Source of the DNA: Bacillota bacterium
Lineage (GTDB): Bacteria > Bacillota > Sulfobacillia > Sulfobacillales > Sulfobacillaceae
DNA: 64,000 nucleotides
Reading direction: 5' to 3'
Assembly: GCA_021795465.1 (NCBI GenBank)
Contig: JAJYPK010000003.1
Span: 6,915-70,914 of the forward strand
The notes under the pieces were generated by a model. It was not told the origin of the DNA and searched no databases. It worked only from the letters and a program-made list of their open reading frames with translations. Below are positions 21,388-30,377 of this stretch, piece after piece. The translations under genes and the position numbers were made by a program. Every line of letters begins with the position of its first letter. Within the stretch, counting starts at the first letter, position 1.

Positions 21388-22620
21388 ATGGATCCAGCAT
21401 CGTGGGACGCTCCCCAGACGGCTCTGTTGGCTGAGTGGGTTAATTGGTTGCCCAATCACCATGAGGCGACTGTGGCCATGCACCCAGAGGTGATGATTTT
21501 AGCGGCGCGTTATGGTGATGGCCACTTGCGTGCGGCGAAGGCGATTGCCTTGCAATCTTTGTTGCTCAACCCAGACTTAAAATTAGGAATTTTGGACTAT
21601 TATCGGTTTGTGAATCCACGGTTGGATCGAACGATCCGTTGGGCATACCTCAATAGTGTGAAATTCGCTCCGTCGGTATGGCGGTGGTTTTACACCACAA
21701 CTCAAAAAATTGATCCGTTATCTGGCACCCAACAATTTTTGAATCATATTGGAATACACCGATTTTTTGAGGCCATTAGTTTATCACCGCCAAAAGTTAT
21801 TGTGTCGACCTATCCCACTGCCGCGGGCGTGGTGTCCACGCTAGTAGAAGCTGGAAAGTTAAGCGTAGTGAATTATGTGGTGATGACCGATTACAGTGTT
21901 CATTCGCAGTGGATTCATCCTGCGGTGGATATGTACTTCGTGGGAAGTGAGGATATGCGAGCGGAATTGATCGAGCGAGGCATTGGTGCGGACAAGGTGG
22001 TGATGTCAGGGATTCCCGTGGATGACAGGTTTCACCAGCAAGTCGACGTGGCGGCGGTGCGCGAGCAACTGGGTATTGATGACCGACCAGTCGTCTTGTT
22101 CATGGGTGGATCGTATATGCCGATAACGGAGTATGCAAGTATTCTAGAAGCCATTGATCAGGTGACGGTGAGTCATACCACGATTGTCATTGCGGGAAGA
22201 GAACCCGAACGACACCAGGTGGCTCGGCGGTATCGTGAATCGGCCAAGAATCCTATGGTTGTCTTGGATTACGTAGACAATGTCCATGAATTAATGGCGG
22301 TGTCGGATCTTTTAGTGAGTAAGGCAGGAGGATTAACCACGACCGAGTCACTCTGTCGGGGATTGCCCGTAGTGATTTACCGACCCATTCCTGGTCAAGA
22401 GGATGCCAATGCCGACTTTTTGGTCCGTCACGGAGCAGGTCGACGTGCCCGTACGGAGGCGGAAGTGGGGCCCATCATTACATACCTGTTGGAAAATCCG
22501 TGGGAACTAAGAGCCATGAGCCGACAGGCACGGCAGTTGGGCCACCCGGAAGCAGCGTCGATCATTGCTCGCATGGTCAATGAATCCTGGTCAGGACGTC
22601 GCGCGCATGCGCCAGCCTAA
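21388..22620 (+). CDS. Diacylglycerol glycosyltransferase (MGDG-synthase / GT28, UgtP/YpfP-like)
   Basis: The N-terminal MGDG-synthase domain (ARYGDGHLRAAKA...VMTDYSVHSQWIH) and GT28 C-terminal domain (SKAGGLTTTESL) read collinear with my recollection of B. subtilis UgtP. Confidence 0.8.
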   Translation: MDPASWDAPQTALLAEWVNWLPNHHEATVAMHPEVMILAARYGDGHLRAAKAIALQSLLLNPDLKLGILDYYRFVNPRLDRTIRWAYLNSVKFAPSVWRWFYTTTQKIDPLSGTQQFLNHIGIHRFFEAISLSPPKVIVSTYPTAAGVVSTLVEAGKLSVVNYVVMTDYSVHSQWIHPAVDMYFVGSEDMRAELIERGIGADKVVMSGIPVDDRFHQQVDVAAVREQLGIDDRPVVLFMGGSYMPITEYASILEAIDQVTVSHTTIVIAGREPERHQVARRYRESAKNPMVVLDYVDNVHELMAVSDLLVSKAGGLTTTESLCRGLPVVIYRPIPGQEDANADFLVRHGAGRRARTEAEVGPIITYLLENPWELRAMSRQARQLGHPEAASIIARMVNESWSGRRAHAPA

Positions 22621-23779
22621 AGTTCACCTTTCTCAAGCCCAAGTGATCTTAGTGGGCATTTTAGGCTTGGTCGAATTTGCCCGTGGAGCACTGATTGTGG
22701 CTTTGCTCCCCACGTTCGTGACAGGGCCATTGGGAGCTCCGATTACGATTGTTGGGTGGGCACTTTCCAGTCATTACTTTTTAGATACCGTGTTTCGTGG
22801 ACCCTCGGGCTGGCTTGTGGATAGAATTGGTCCGCCGCGGGTGCTGACTATTGGAGTGGCGATCGAGATTTTGTCGCTAATTGGGGCGATGAATACACGG
22901 AGCCCCGACTGGGTTATCGTTTTTGTGGCCATCCTCGGTATCGGTACCGCTACTCACTGGCCTGCAGTGGTGACGGGTACCAACCGCCTAACCCCGCCTG
23001 AGCGCCGTGCGTCCATGATGGGGTTGGTGTTTGCCGCATGGCTCACCGGTGCTGGACTTGGGCCGGTTTTAATCAATTTTCTCCTCCATGGGCGGGATCG
23101 GACGGCATTTTTAATATTGATTGCTGCGGATATTCTCGCATTCATACTCACGATTGTGGTGTACGATCCCCGCTTGTCTCACATTCATAAGGCCGGGCAT
23201 CGTGTGCACCATTGGGTTAGGACCTTAAAACCATTTCGGGCGGTATTACCCGGTATGTTTGTGCAAAATATGACGATGGGAATCATGTTGCCTATTTTTC
23301 AGCCGTTCGTCTCACGGATCCTGCACTTTAGCCACTGGCAGTTTGCGGAGTTGTTGGTGGGAAGTGGGGCGTTCACCGTATTGTTGCTGGTGCCCATGGG
23401 ACGTTTTACGGACCGATTCGGTCTTAAGGTCCCCCTTATCGTCGGCTTCTTTCTCGCTGCGGTTTCGCTGACCGCGGTGGGAATCCTTCGCCACTTTTGG
23501 CCCTTAATTCTTGTCGGCGGTGTGTTGGGATTTTCTTATGCCATGATTCTGCCTTCGTGGAATGCGTTCTTGGCAGGGATGATACCGAAAGAAATCGAGG
23601 GATGGCTCTGGGGTGTCTTTATGACGGTAGAAGGCATGGGCATGGCGGTTGGCCCAATCATTGGAGCTAGGCTGTTTGCCTATCGGATTTGGGCACCATT
23701 CATGGTGTCGGCCATGATCTTGTTTAGTATGGGTATATTTTATACCGTTTACCCTTTGGGTAAACGATCCCGGTCCTAG
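22607..23779 (+). CDS. MFS transporter (candidate LtaA-like glycolipid flippase)
   Basis: The protein is a 12-TM-type hydrophobic protein with GWLVDRIGPPR (motif A-like). Its start overlaps the stop of the glycosyltransferase gene. The flippase role is inferred from context only. Confidence 0.7.
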   Translation: MRQPKVHLSQAQVILVGILGLVEFARGALIVALLPTFVTGPLGAPITIVGWALSSHYFLDTVFRGPSGWLVDRIGPPRVLTIGVAIEILSLIGAMNTRSPDWVIVFVAILGIGTATHWPAVVTGTNRLTPPERRASMMGLVFAAWLTGAGLGPVLINFLLHGRDRTAFLILIAADILAFILTIVVYDPRLSHIHKAGHRVHHWVRTLKPFRAVLPGMFVQNMTMGIMLPIFQPFVSRILHFSHWQFAELLVGSGAFTVLLLVPMGRFTDRFGLKVPLIVGFFLAAVSLTAVGILRHFWPLILVGGVLGFSYAMILPSWNAFLAGMIPKEIEGWLWGVFMTVEGMGMAVGPIIGARLFAYRIWAPFMVSAMILFSMGIFYTVYPLGKRSRS

Positions 23780-23792
23780 GGGGATAGCACAG

Positions 23793-25028
23793 ATGATCAC
23801 GGTACTTGGTATCATTGTGGGCCTATGGCTTCTCACGTATGGGATTCCTGACCTCTTGTGGCACCATGCCCAGTGGGGTGGGTTTCAAGGAACTCGTGAT
23901 AGTCATCGCATTGCACTCACCTTTGACGACGGCCCGGGTGCGGATTCTCCCGCAATTTTAGATGCTCTGATGGAGTTTGGGGTCTGCGCGACTTTCTTTC
24001 TAGTCTTAGATCACGCTGAACGCCATCCCGATATCGTCCAGAGGATGATCCAAGAGGGTCACGGAGTCGGGTTGCACGGGGTGCAGCATCGGTCCATGTA
24101 TCTCTTGTCTCCCTGGGGGAGCTGGCGAGCCATTCGTGACGGGGTGCGACGCCTCCAAGCTATTTCGGGAAGTCGTCCGGTATACTATCGACCACCATGG
24201 GGACACATGAATCTTGTTAGTTGGTGGGCGTGTCGACACGAAAAGCTGACGCCGGTCTTTTGGACGATTGCACCCAACGATTGGGACACACGTCGTGATG
24301 CCCAACAAATTGCGAATCATGTGACCCAATTGGCATTACCGGGAGCGGTTGTGGTGTTGCATGACGCCGGGGGCGATCGCCAGCGCACGGTAGACGCCTT
24401 GAAGGTGGCTATTCCGAAATTGCTCAAATTAAATTTAATGCCTGCATTGCTCAGCGACATCCCTCGCGAAACGTCGGAATGGCGGCGCATATGGACGTGG
24501 TGGGAGACGCGATTCACAAAAGCCTGGGATGTAGATACGGTGGCGTCGTCTCTCGGGGGCGATCCTATCTTACGTCTTGGGCGCCAGGTCTATCGAGGGC
24601 CTTCTGTGCGGTTTGGTAATGGATGTGTGTTGTCGGATAAGGACATGATTGCGGAAATTCATTTTGGCAACGCCGCGTTAGCGCAGTTAAGTAAGACCGC
24701 TACGGGAGGGCTCCGGGCCTTTCATGCCGTGCTTCGGGGCTTAACGGATGTGGCGGAGGTCGTGATCAATGATCCCAAGTACCATGACGTCCAAGCCCTG
24801 GGTGGTATTACGCTGCTCGATGCCTCTACGGCCATCGAAAAATTAGGATTTCTTCGCGTGCCAGTACGGGGGTGGAAAAAATGGTCCATGTGGGTGTACC
24901 TAACGTGGCTCATGACTATCTACCACGCCGATGGTTGGCACACCTGGCGACGGTTTTTTAAGCGTCAACCGGTGTCGTTGTTGATGTCGCGCCAAGAGTT
25001 ACAAACCCGATATTTGCACCAGCATTGA
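23793..25028 (+). CDS. Membrane-anchored NodB/CE4 polysaccharide deacetylase with C-terminal unknown (YkoP-like?) domain
   Basis: There is an N-terminal TM segment. The CE4 motifs TFDDGPG, HGVQH, RPPWGH and LHDAGG are all present. The remaining roughly 180 aa are unassigned. Confidence 0.8.
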   Translation: MITVLGIIVGLWLLTYGIPDLLWHHAQWGGFQGTRDSHRIALTFDDGPGADSPAILDALMEFGVCATFFLVLDHAERHPDIVQRMIQEGHGVGLHGVQHRSMYLLSPWGSWRAIRDGVRRLQAISGSRPVYYRPPWGHMNLVSWWACRHEKLTPVFWTIAPNDWDTRRDAQQIANHVTQLALPGAVVVLHDAGGDRQRTVDALKVAIPKLLKLNLMPALLSDIPRETSEWRRIWTWWETRFTKAWDVDTVASSLGGDPILRLGRQVYRGPSVRFGNGCVLSDKDMIAEIHFGNAALAQLSKTATGGLRAFHAVLRGLTDVAEVVINDPKYHDVQALGGITLLDASTAIEKLGFLRVPVRGWKKWSMWVYLTWLMTIYHADGWHTWRRFFKRQPVSLLMSRQELQTRYLHQH

Positions 25029-25033
25029 CGAGC

Positions 25034-25318
25034 CTAAGTCTTAGGCCAATCCGGGTTGAGAGCGAGTGCGATCTTCTCCCGAAATCCTGGCTGTTCCCTA
25101 AGACGCCCGACCAATTGCAGCACAATCTGCTCCAAGTAATTATCGGAGTCCGATGCTCCAGGCCTCATCCAAGCGAAAATCGTTTCAGCTAAGACATCCG
25201 CAATGAGCGCCTCGCCCTGGGCAGAGGTCATGAATCGGTGGAGCCAGTGCTCGATTCGGGGCTCGATTACGGCCTCTAAGCGTTCCTCAATCATTTTTTC
25301 TATGGCCCTAGGCATCAT
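25034..25318 (-). CDS. Hypothetical protein
   Basis: The ORF is 94 aa, acidic and helical-looking, and sits alone on the minus strand. I recognise no family. Confidence 0.4.
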   Translation of the reverse strand: MMPRAIEKMIEERLEAVIEPRIEHWLHRFMTSAQGEALIADVLAETIFAWMRPGASDSDNYLEQIVLQLVGRLREQPGFREKIALALNPDWPKT

Positions 25319-25444
25319 TGTCGGGCACCTCCCCCCTTAGTGTCGCGGAACATGAGGGATTAGTCAAAGTGACCGCGAAAGGAAACAGACTAGAAAATAG
25401 ACGGTATCAAGGTGATAATAGAGACGTGAGAATGGGGAGAGGGG

Positions 25445-25900
25445 ATGCAGATGGACTTAACTGGCCACAAAGTCTTAGAGGTTTCGGTAGAACGTGCTTA
25501 TGAGATCATGACTGACCCCGAGGTTCTTATTCGGACGATGCCGGGATTGCACAGTCTAACCCCTCGAGAGCCCGGAATATTTGACGCCCAACTGGAACTT
25601 GGGGTAGCGGCCATTAAAGGCCGGTATGCCGGGGAGATGCGCATGGTGGACCCGGATCCACCGCGATCCTACCGCATGGTCATGGAAGGTCAGGGACCCA
25701 AAGGATTTGTATCGGTTAACATGCTCGTGACCCTAAGTCCCGCAGAAACTCACCCGGATTACACCGATCTCCACTACGAAGGAGAAGCCCATGTGGGGGG
25801 GGCGGTGGCTGGGGTGGGGCAACGCGTCTTGGCGGGCGTGGCGAGTCTAATCATGGGAAAATTTTTTTCGGCGTTGGCGAAAGAAGCTAAAGCGACTTAA
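25445..25900 (+). CDS. coxG: CoxG / SRPBCC family protein
   Basis: The 151-aa protein has the layout typical of CoxG (MDLTGHKVLEVSVERAYEIMTDPEVL...LHYEGEAHVGG...KFF). Confidence 0.7.
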   Translation: MQMDLTGHKVLEVSVERAYEIMTDPEVLIRTMPGLHSLTPREPGIFDAQLELGVAAIKGRYAGEMRMVDPDPPRSYRMVMEGQGPKGFVSVNMLVTLSPAETHPDYTDLHYEGEAHVGGAVAGVGQRVLAGVASLIMGKFFSALAKEAKAT

Positions 25901-25918
25901 GCTCGGAGGAGTGACGCG

Positions 25919-26929
25919 ATGTCTTCAATTCGAGAGGCGCGACAGGTGTGGCAGGCCGTCATCCAGGCCCACCAACGCGGGGTACACACGGCCATGCTCA
26001 CGTTGGCAGCGGTCCGTGGGTCGGCTTATCGGCGACCTGGAGCCAAGATGATGATGGCTGGGGATGGCCAGATGTTCGGCACGCTAAGTGGGGGCTGTCT
26101 TGAAGGAGACCTCTATCATTATGCGGAGCAAGCGATGAAGTCGGGACAAGCGATAATCCGTCAGTATGATTTGACCGAGGACACAATGTGGGGGCTAGGG
26201 ATTGGCTGCAAGGGAACGATTACGGTGTGGGTGGAGCCACTAAATCCTGACGAGCCATTTTGGCAACAATTTGGGCGGTTGGTGAATCAGGACAGGCGTG
26301 TGGCTCTTTGGGCTCGAATCCCGACCGGATTTCGCCGGCTCTGCACCCCAAAGGATCCCTGCGACCCGGATCCATCATTGTCGGTCGTGCGGTCGTGGCA
26401 TAGCGTAACGCAGTTTGATGACAGAGAGCTCTGGGATGTCATGGTTCCCCCCGAACGCCTGATTGTCGCAGGCGCCGGACACGACGCCGTCCCCTTGGTC
26501 AAACTCGCCGAGCAAGTTGGGTTCGAGGTGACGGTTTTAGATCCGAGGGCCCACTTTAATAACGAGAAGCGATTGCCAGGTGCGACCGCCTATGTCATAC
26601 GCCAAGCGGAAGAGGTCGACCCCGCTGAAGTTCGGGACGCCTTTTGGGTGATCATGAATCACCACCAAGCGCGAGATAAGGCCGCTTTGGCCTTGGCTCT
26701 ACGAAGCGATCCGCAATTCATGGGCATGTTAGGCCCCAGGAGTCGAAGTTTGGAGATCTTAGGGGACCTTGCCTCTCCGATTCCAGAGATGTGGCATGCA
26801 CCTATAGGATTGAATGTGGGAGCTGAAACCGTGGATGAGGTAGCATTGAGCATTGTAGCCGAATTACTGGCCGTGCGTAATCGGAAACATGGGGGATCGT
26901 TAAATGGGGAGGACCGCATCCACGGCTAG
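25919..26929 (+). CDS. xdhC: XdhC/CoxI family molybdoenzyme maturation factor
   Basis: The XdhC N-terminal domain (VRGSAYRRPGAKM...GTLSGGCLE) is followed by a Rossmann domain (LIVAGAGHDAVPL). Confidence 0.8.
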   Translation: MSSIREARQVWQAVIQAHQRGVHTAMLTLAAVRGSAYRRPGAKMMMAGDGQMFGTLSGGCLEGDLYHYAEQAMKSGQAIIRQYDLTEDTMWGLGIGCKGTITVWVEPLNPDEPFWQQFGRLVNQDRRVALWARIPTGFRRLCTPKDPCDPDPSLSVVRSWHSVTQFDDRELWDVMVPPERLIVAGAGHDAVPLVKLAEQVGFEVTVLDPRAHFNNEKRLPGATAYVIRQAEEVDPAEVRDAFWVIMNHHQARDKAALALALRSDPQFMGMLGPRSRSLEILGDLASPIPEMWHAPIGLNVGAETVDEVALSIVAELLAVRNRKHGGSLNGEDRIHG

Positions 26930-27551
26930 TCCCATCGCGGTGGTGCTTGCGGCGGGACAATCTCAACGCATGGGGACACCGAAGTCCGACTTACCATGGG
27001 GATCTACCACATTGCTTGGGCATATCATCCAGGTGGTCCGAAGCGACTTGCAGTGGCCCGTTGTGGTAGTACAACGCCCAAGGGTGCCAGAAATTGTCGG
27101 CGTTACTACGATACGCAATGTATACCCAGAGCGCGGGCTCGCGAATTCTTTAAAACTAGGGGTGGCGGCCGCGGTTAGGATCGGTGGCAAAGACTCGGCT
27201 GTCGGCGTGTTCCTCGCGGATCAACCTTTTGTCACCGGGCAGGACGCCATGACCGTATGGGAGACCTTAAAGATGCATGCGGACTGTGTCGCAGTGCGAC
27301 CGCGGTATAATAAGGAGTGGGGGCATCCGGTCATGCTGTGGGTCAATCGGATCGAACGAGGACTGGACACTTTGCATGGTGACCAGGGGCTCGGCACCTG
27401 GCTTCGGGATCGTAAAGACGTGTTCGAGTTAGACATTGCGGTTACTGACCGACCAAGCCCGGCTTGGGACCTAGATCACCCTAACGATTATTTATTGGCA
27501 CGTTTGGCAGATGGGGGGAGGAAAAGTAATGGGCGCGGAAAACTACTTTGA
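26904..27551 (+). CDS. mocA: MobA-like NTP transferase (molybdenum cofactor cytidylyltransferase type)
   Basis: The motif VVLAAGQSQRMGTPK is present. The gene lies downstream of xdhC and overlaps it. Confidence 0.72.
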   Translation: MGRTASTASPIAVVLAAGQSQRMGTPKSDLPWGSTTLLGHIIQVVRSDLQWPVVVVQRPRVPEIVGVTTIRNVYPERGLANSLKLGVAAAVRIGGKDSAVGVFLADQPFVTGQDAMTVWETLKMHADCVAVRPRYNKEWGHPVMLWVNRIERGLDTLHGDQGLGTWLRDRKDVFELDIAVTDRPSPAWDLDHPNDYLLARLADGGRKSNGRGKLL

Positions 27552-29514
27552 TGAGGTGCCAATCGTATGGGCTCCGACTGCTGAACGAGTCAATGCCGCC
27601 AATATTACGCGGTTTATGACAAGACATCAGATTGGCACCTTAAAAGAATTACGGAGCCGAGCCGAGGGGGACCCAAGCTGGTTTTGGGGAGCGGTAATGG
27701 AGGATTTGCGATGGCCCTTTGTAACACCCTATAGTGAGGTCTTGGACATGAGTCAGGGGAAACCCTGGCCGCGATTTTTTGTTGGTGGCCAGACTAATGT
27801 GGCGATGGCAGCCCTGGACCGTCATCAGCAGCACGACATGGCCCACAAACTCGCCATCATCGGGCATCCAGAGTCCGGAGCGATTAAATCTTGGACGTAC
27901 CAAGACCTTTATCGTGACGCCAATCGGGTGGCCGCGACCCTTCGCTCTTTGGGCGTCGACAGAGGTACGGTGGTGGGGGTATATCTCCCCATGATCGGGG
28001 AGGCTGTGGTGGCGATGTTGGCACTGGCTAAGATTGGGGCCATCTTTATGCCCATCTTCTCCGGATATGGGGCCGAGGCTATGCGGATACGGTTGGACGA
28101 CGCTGGAGCTTCCGTACTCATTTGTGCCGACGGGTTTACTCGTCGCGGGCGCTTCGTTGAGATGAAGACCACCGTGGATGAGGCGATACACGATAGTGCT
28201 ACCGTGTCCACGGTGATTGTGGTACAGAAAACCGGAGCTAAGATCGATTGGGTTGAAGGACGCGATCGATGGTGGTCAGATCTACTCCAGGGGGAGTCAG
28301 TGTCAAACCAGACGACCCCACTTCCCGCGGATACCCCACTTATGATTCTTTATACGTCGGGAACGACCGGAAAACCCAAAGGAGCGGTCCATTCCCATAC
28401 CGGATTCCCGGTCAAATGTACCCAAGATTTGCAACATAGTTTTGATCTAAAACCGGAGGACATCTTGTTTTGGTTTACGGACATGGGCTGGATGATGGGG
28501 CCTTTCATGGTATACGGCGGGCTTGTGACAGGATGCACCATAGTGCTTTACGACGGCACTCCGGACTGGCCTGACCCGAGTGCCCTGTGGCGCATCATTG
28601 CGCAGTATGGGGTCAGCGTCTTCGGGATTTCGCCGACGGTCATCCGCTCGCTCATGACTGTCGGTACCGATCCCCTCCAAGGCCATGACTTGACATCACT
28701 TCGCATTCTCGGCTCTTCAGGAGAACCTTGGAATCCGGAACCGTGGCGCTGGTTTTTTACCCACGTGGGTCAGGGTCGTTGTCCCATTGTGAATTACAGT
28801 GGGGGCACGGAGATCTCGGGGGGGATTTTGGCTGCTTCGGCGGTCGAACCGCAAAAACCTTGCGCGTTTTCAGGGCCGATCCCGGGTATGGCAGCGCGTG
28901 TGCTCGATGACCAAGGGATGCCGATGTCAGGAGACGTGGGGGAGCTTGCTTTGCTGGGCCCTTGGCCCGGAATGACACACGGTTTTTGGCACGATGAATC
29001 GCGGTATCTCGAATCCTATTGGAACCGATTCGAAGGCATATGGGTGCATGGGGACTTTGCATACATTGATCAAGACGGGTTTTGGTATATCCTCGGCCGT
29101 AGTGATGACACCATCAAAGTCGCCGGGAAGCGAGTGGGACCGGCGGAGGTGGAATCGATTTTGGTGGGCCATGATGCGGTAAGAGAGGCTGCGGCGATTG
29201 GCGTACCGCATCCCGTTAAAGGAGAGACCATTGTGTGCTTTGTAGCTCCAAAACATGCGGCAATTGAGGAGACCGAACTAATTGCCTTGGTTGAGAAACA
29301 TTTGGGGAAAGCCTTACGTCCCAGTAAGGTGGTGATGGTCCAAGAATTGCCGAAAACCCGAAACGGAAAAATCGTGAGGCGAGCACTGAAGGCGCAGTAT
29401 CTCGGCAGGCCCTTGGGAGACGTCTCCGCAATAGAGAACTTGGAGAGCCTTGCGGCCATACCCCAAGTCGTCGATCCAGTGCCGCCGCGTGATACGTTAT
29501 CCACCGAAGTTTAG
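27529..29514 (+). CDS. AMP-forming acyl-CoA synthetase (Acs/PrpE-like)
   Basis: The motifs YTSGTTGKPKG and PKTRNGKI are present and the length is about 660 aa. The ATG at 27529 follows GGGGGAGGAAAAG. The substrate is unknown. Confidence 0.85.
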   Translation: MGAENYFDEVPIVWAPTAERVNAANITRFMTRHQIGTLKELRSRAEGDPSWFWGAVMEDLRWPFVTPYSEVLDMSQGKPWPRFFVGGQTNVAMAALDRHQQHDMAHKLAIIGHPESGAIKSWTYQDLYRDANRVAATLRSLGVDRGTVVGVYLPMIGEAVVAMLALAKIGAIFMPIFSGYGAEAMRIRLDDAGASVLICADGFTRRGRFVEMKTTVDEAIHDSATVSTVIVVQKTGAKIDWVEGRDRWWSDLLQGESVSNQTTPLPADTPLMILYTSGTTGKPKGAVHSHTGFPVKCTQDLQHSFDLKPEDILFWFTDMGWMMGPFMVYGGLVTGCTIVLYDGTPDWPDPSALWRIIAQYGVSVFGISPTVIRSLMTVGTDPLQGHDLTSLRILGSSGEPWNPEPWRWFFTHVGQGRCPIVNYSGGTEISGGILAASAVEPQKPCAFSGPIPGMAARVLDDQGMPMSGDVGELALLGPWPGMTHGFWHDESRYLESYWNRFEGIWVHGDFAYIDQDGFWYILGRSDDTIKVAGKRVGPAEVESILVGHDAVREAAAIGVPHPVKGETIVCFVAPKHAAIEETELIALVEKHLGKALRPSKVVMVQELPKTRNGKIVRRALKAQYLGRPLGDVSAIENLESLAAIPQVVDPVPPRDTLSTEV

Positions 29515-29532
29515 GGAAGGGGGCATTCTTCA

Positions 29533-30306
29533 ATGAAAGCACCAAACGGTCTCATCTATTATCGTCAAGGTCAAGGACCGAGCACCCTGTTATTGCATCC
29601 CAGCCTGGGACTCGGACGATTTTTGTTCCATCGGCTCACACCCTTATTGGCGCCCTTTTTTTCCGTCCTTACGTGGGATCCGCGAGGGATTGGGGATCAT
29701 CGCGAAATGGGGCCTAGTCTTGATGGGTGGATTGAGGATGTCGAGACCCTGATGGGATTGGCCGATGGTCCCGTGCATTTATTGGGCGTGTCTTTAGGTA
29801 CCTGGGTCATGGGCCGTGTAGCGTCTAGGAGGCCGGACCAAGTGGCAAGCTTGGTTCTCGTGGGTAGCACGCTGGGATTTACGCAAGGCGGCGCAGAGGT
29901 ACAAGCACGTCGCGAAGAGTTAGCACGCATCGGAATGCAAGAGTTCGGACGGCAGTATGCAGAGACCACACTTTGGTCCGAGACCCAGTCGGAAGTGCGC
30001 GATAATTTAGCTCTGGAATTAGCGGTGGTGCAACCCGATGTGTACTTGGACTCCATGCAGGCCATTTATACCGAGGAGAATGCGGAGGTGTTTGCAAAAA
30101 TTTCTTGTCCCACATTCGTGATGGTGGGAGCAGAGGACCGGCGTACCACCCCAACCGATGCGGACCGCGTCGCTGACACCATTCCCCATAGCGTCGTGCG
30201 TGTAATCCCTCGGGCCGGGCACCTCGCCGTCCTCGACCAACCGCAACGGGTGGCTGACCTTGTGGACCAGTTCTGTCGATCTAATGGTCAAGCCCCATTA
30301 TTATAG
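29533..30306 (+). CDS. Alpha/beta hydrolase
   Basis: The nucleophile elbow GVSLGT and a C-terminal PRAGHLAV are present. The protein is 257 aa. Confidence 0.75.
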   Translation: MKAPNGLIYYRQGQGPSTLLLHPSLGLGRFLFHRLTPLLAPFFSVLTWDPRGIGDHREMGPSLDGWIEDVETLMGLADGPVHLLGVSLGTWVMGRVASRRPDQVASLVLVGSTLGFTQGGAEVQARREELARIGMQEFGRQYAETTLWSETQSEVRDNLALELAVVQPDVYLDSMQAIYTEENAEVFAKISCPTFVMVGAEDRRTTPTDADRVADTIPHSVVRVIPRAGHLAVLDQPQRVADLVDQFCRSNGQAPLL

Positions 30307-30377
30307 ACCAAAGTTCACGTAGCGGCGTATGATACGTTACAATCAAGGCAACGGCGCCGCGAAAAGGAGGGAGCCCG

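Noticed and set aside
27649-28191. A 180-aa minus-strand ORF lies inside the acyl-CoA synthetase gene. Similar long antisense ORFs include 43477-44103, 43088-43609, 53377-53853, 13888-14337 and 16804-17211.
   Set aside because: Each lies entirely antisense to a gene with unambiguous family motifs. Their translations are low-complexity and rich in Arg, Pro and Ser, as expected for chance frames in GC-rich coding DNA.
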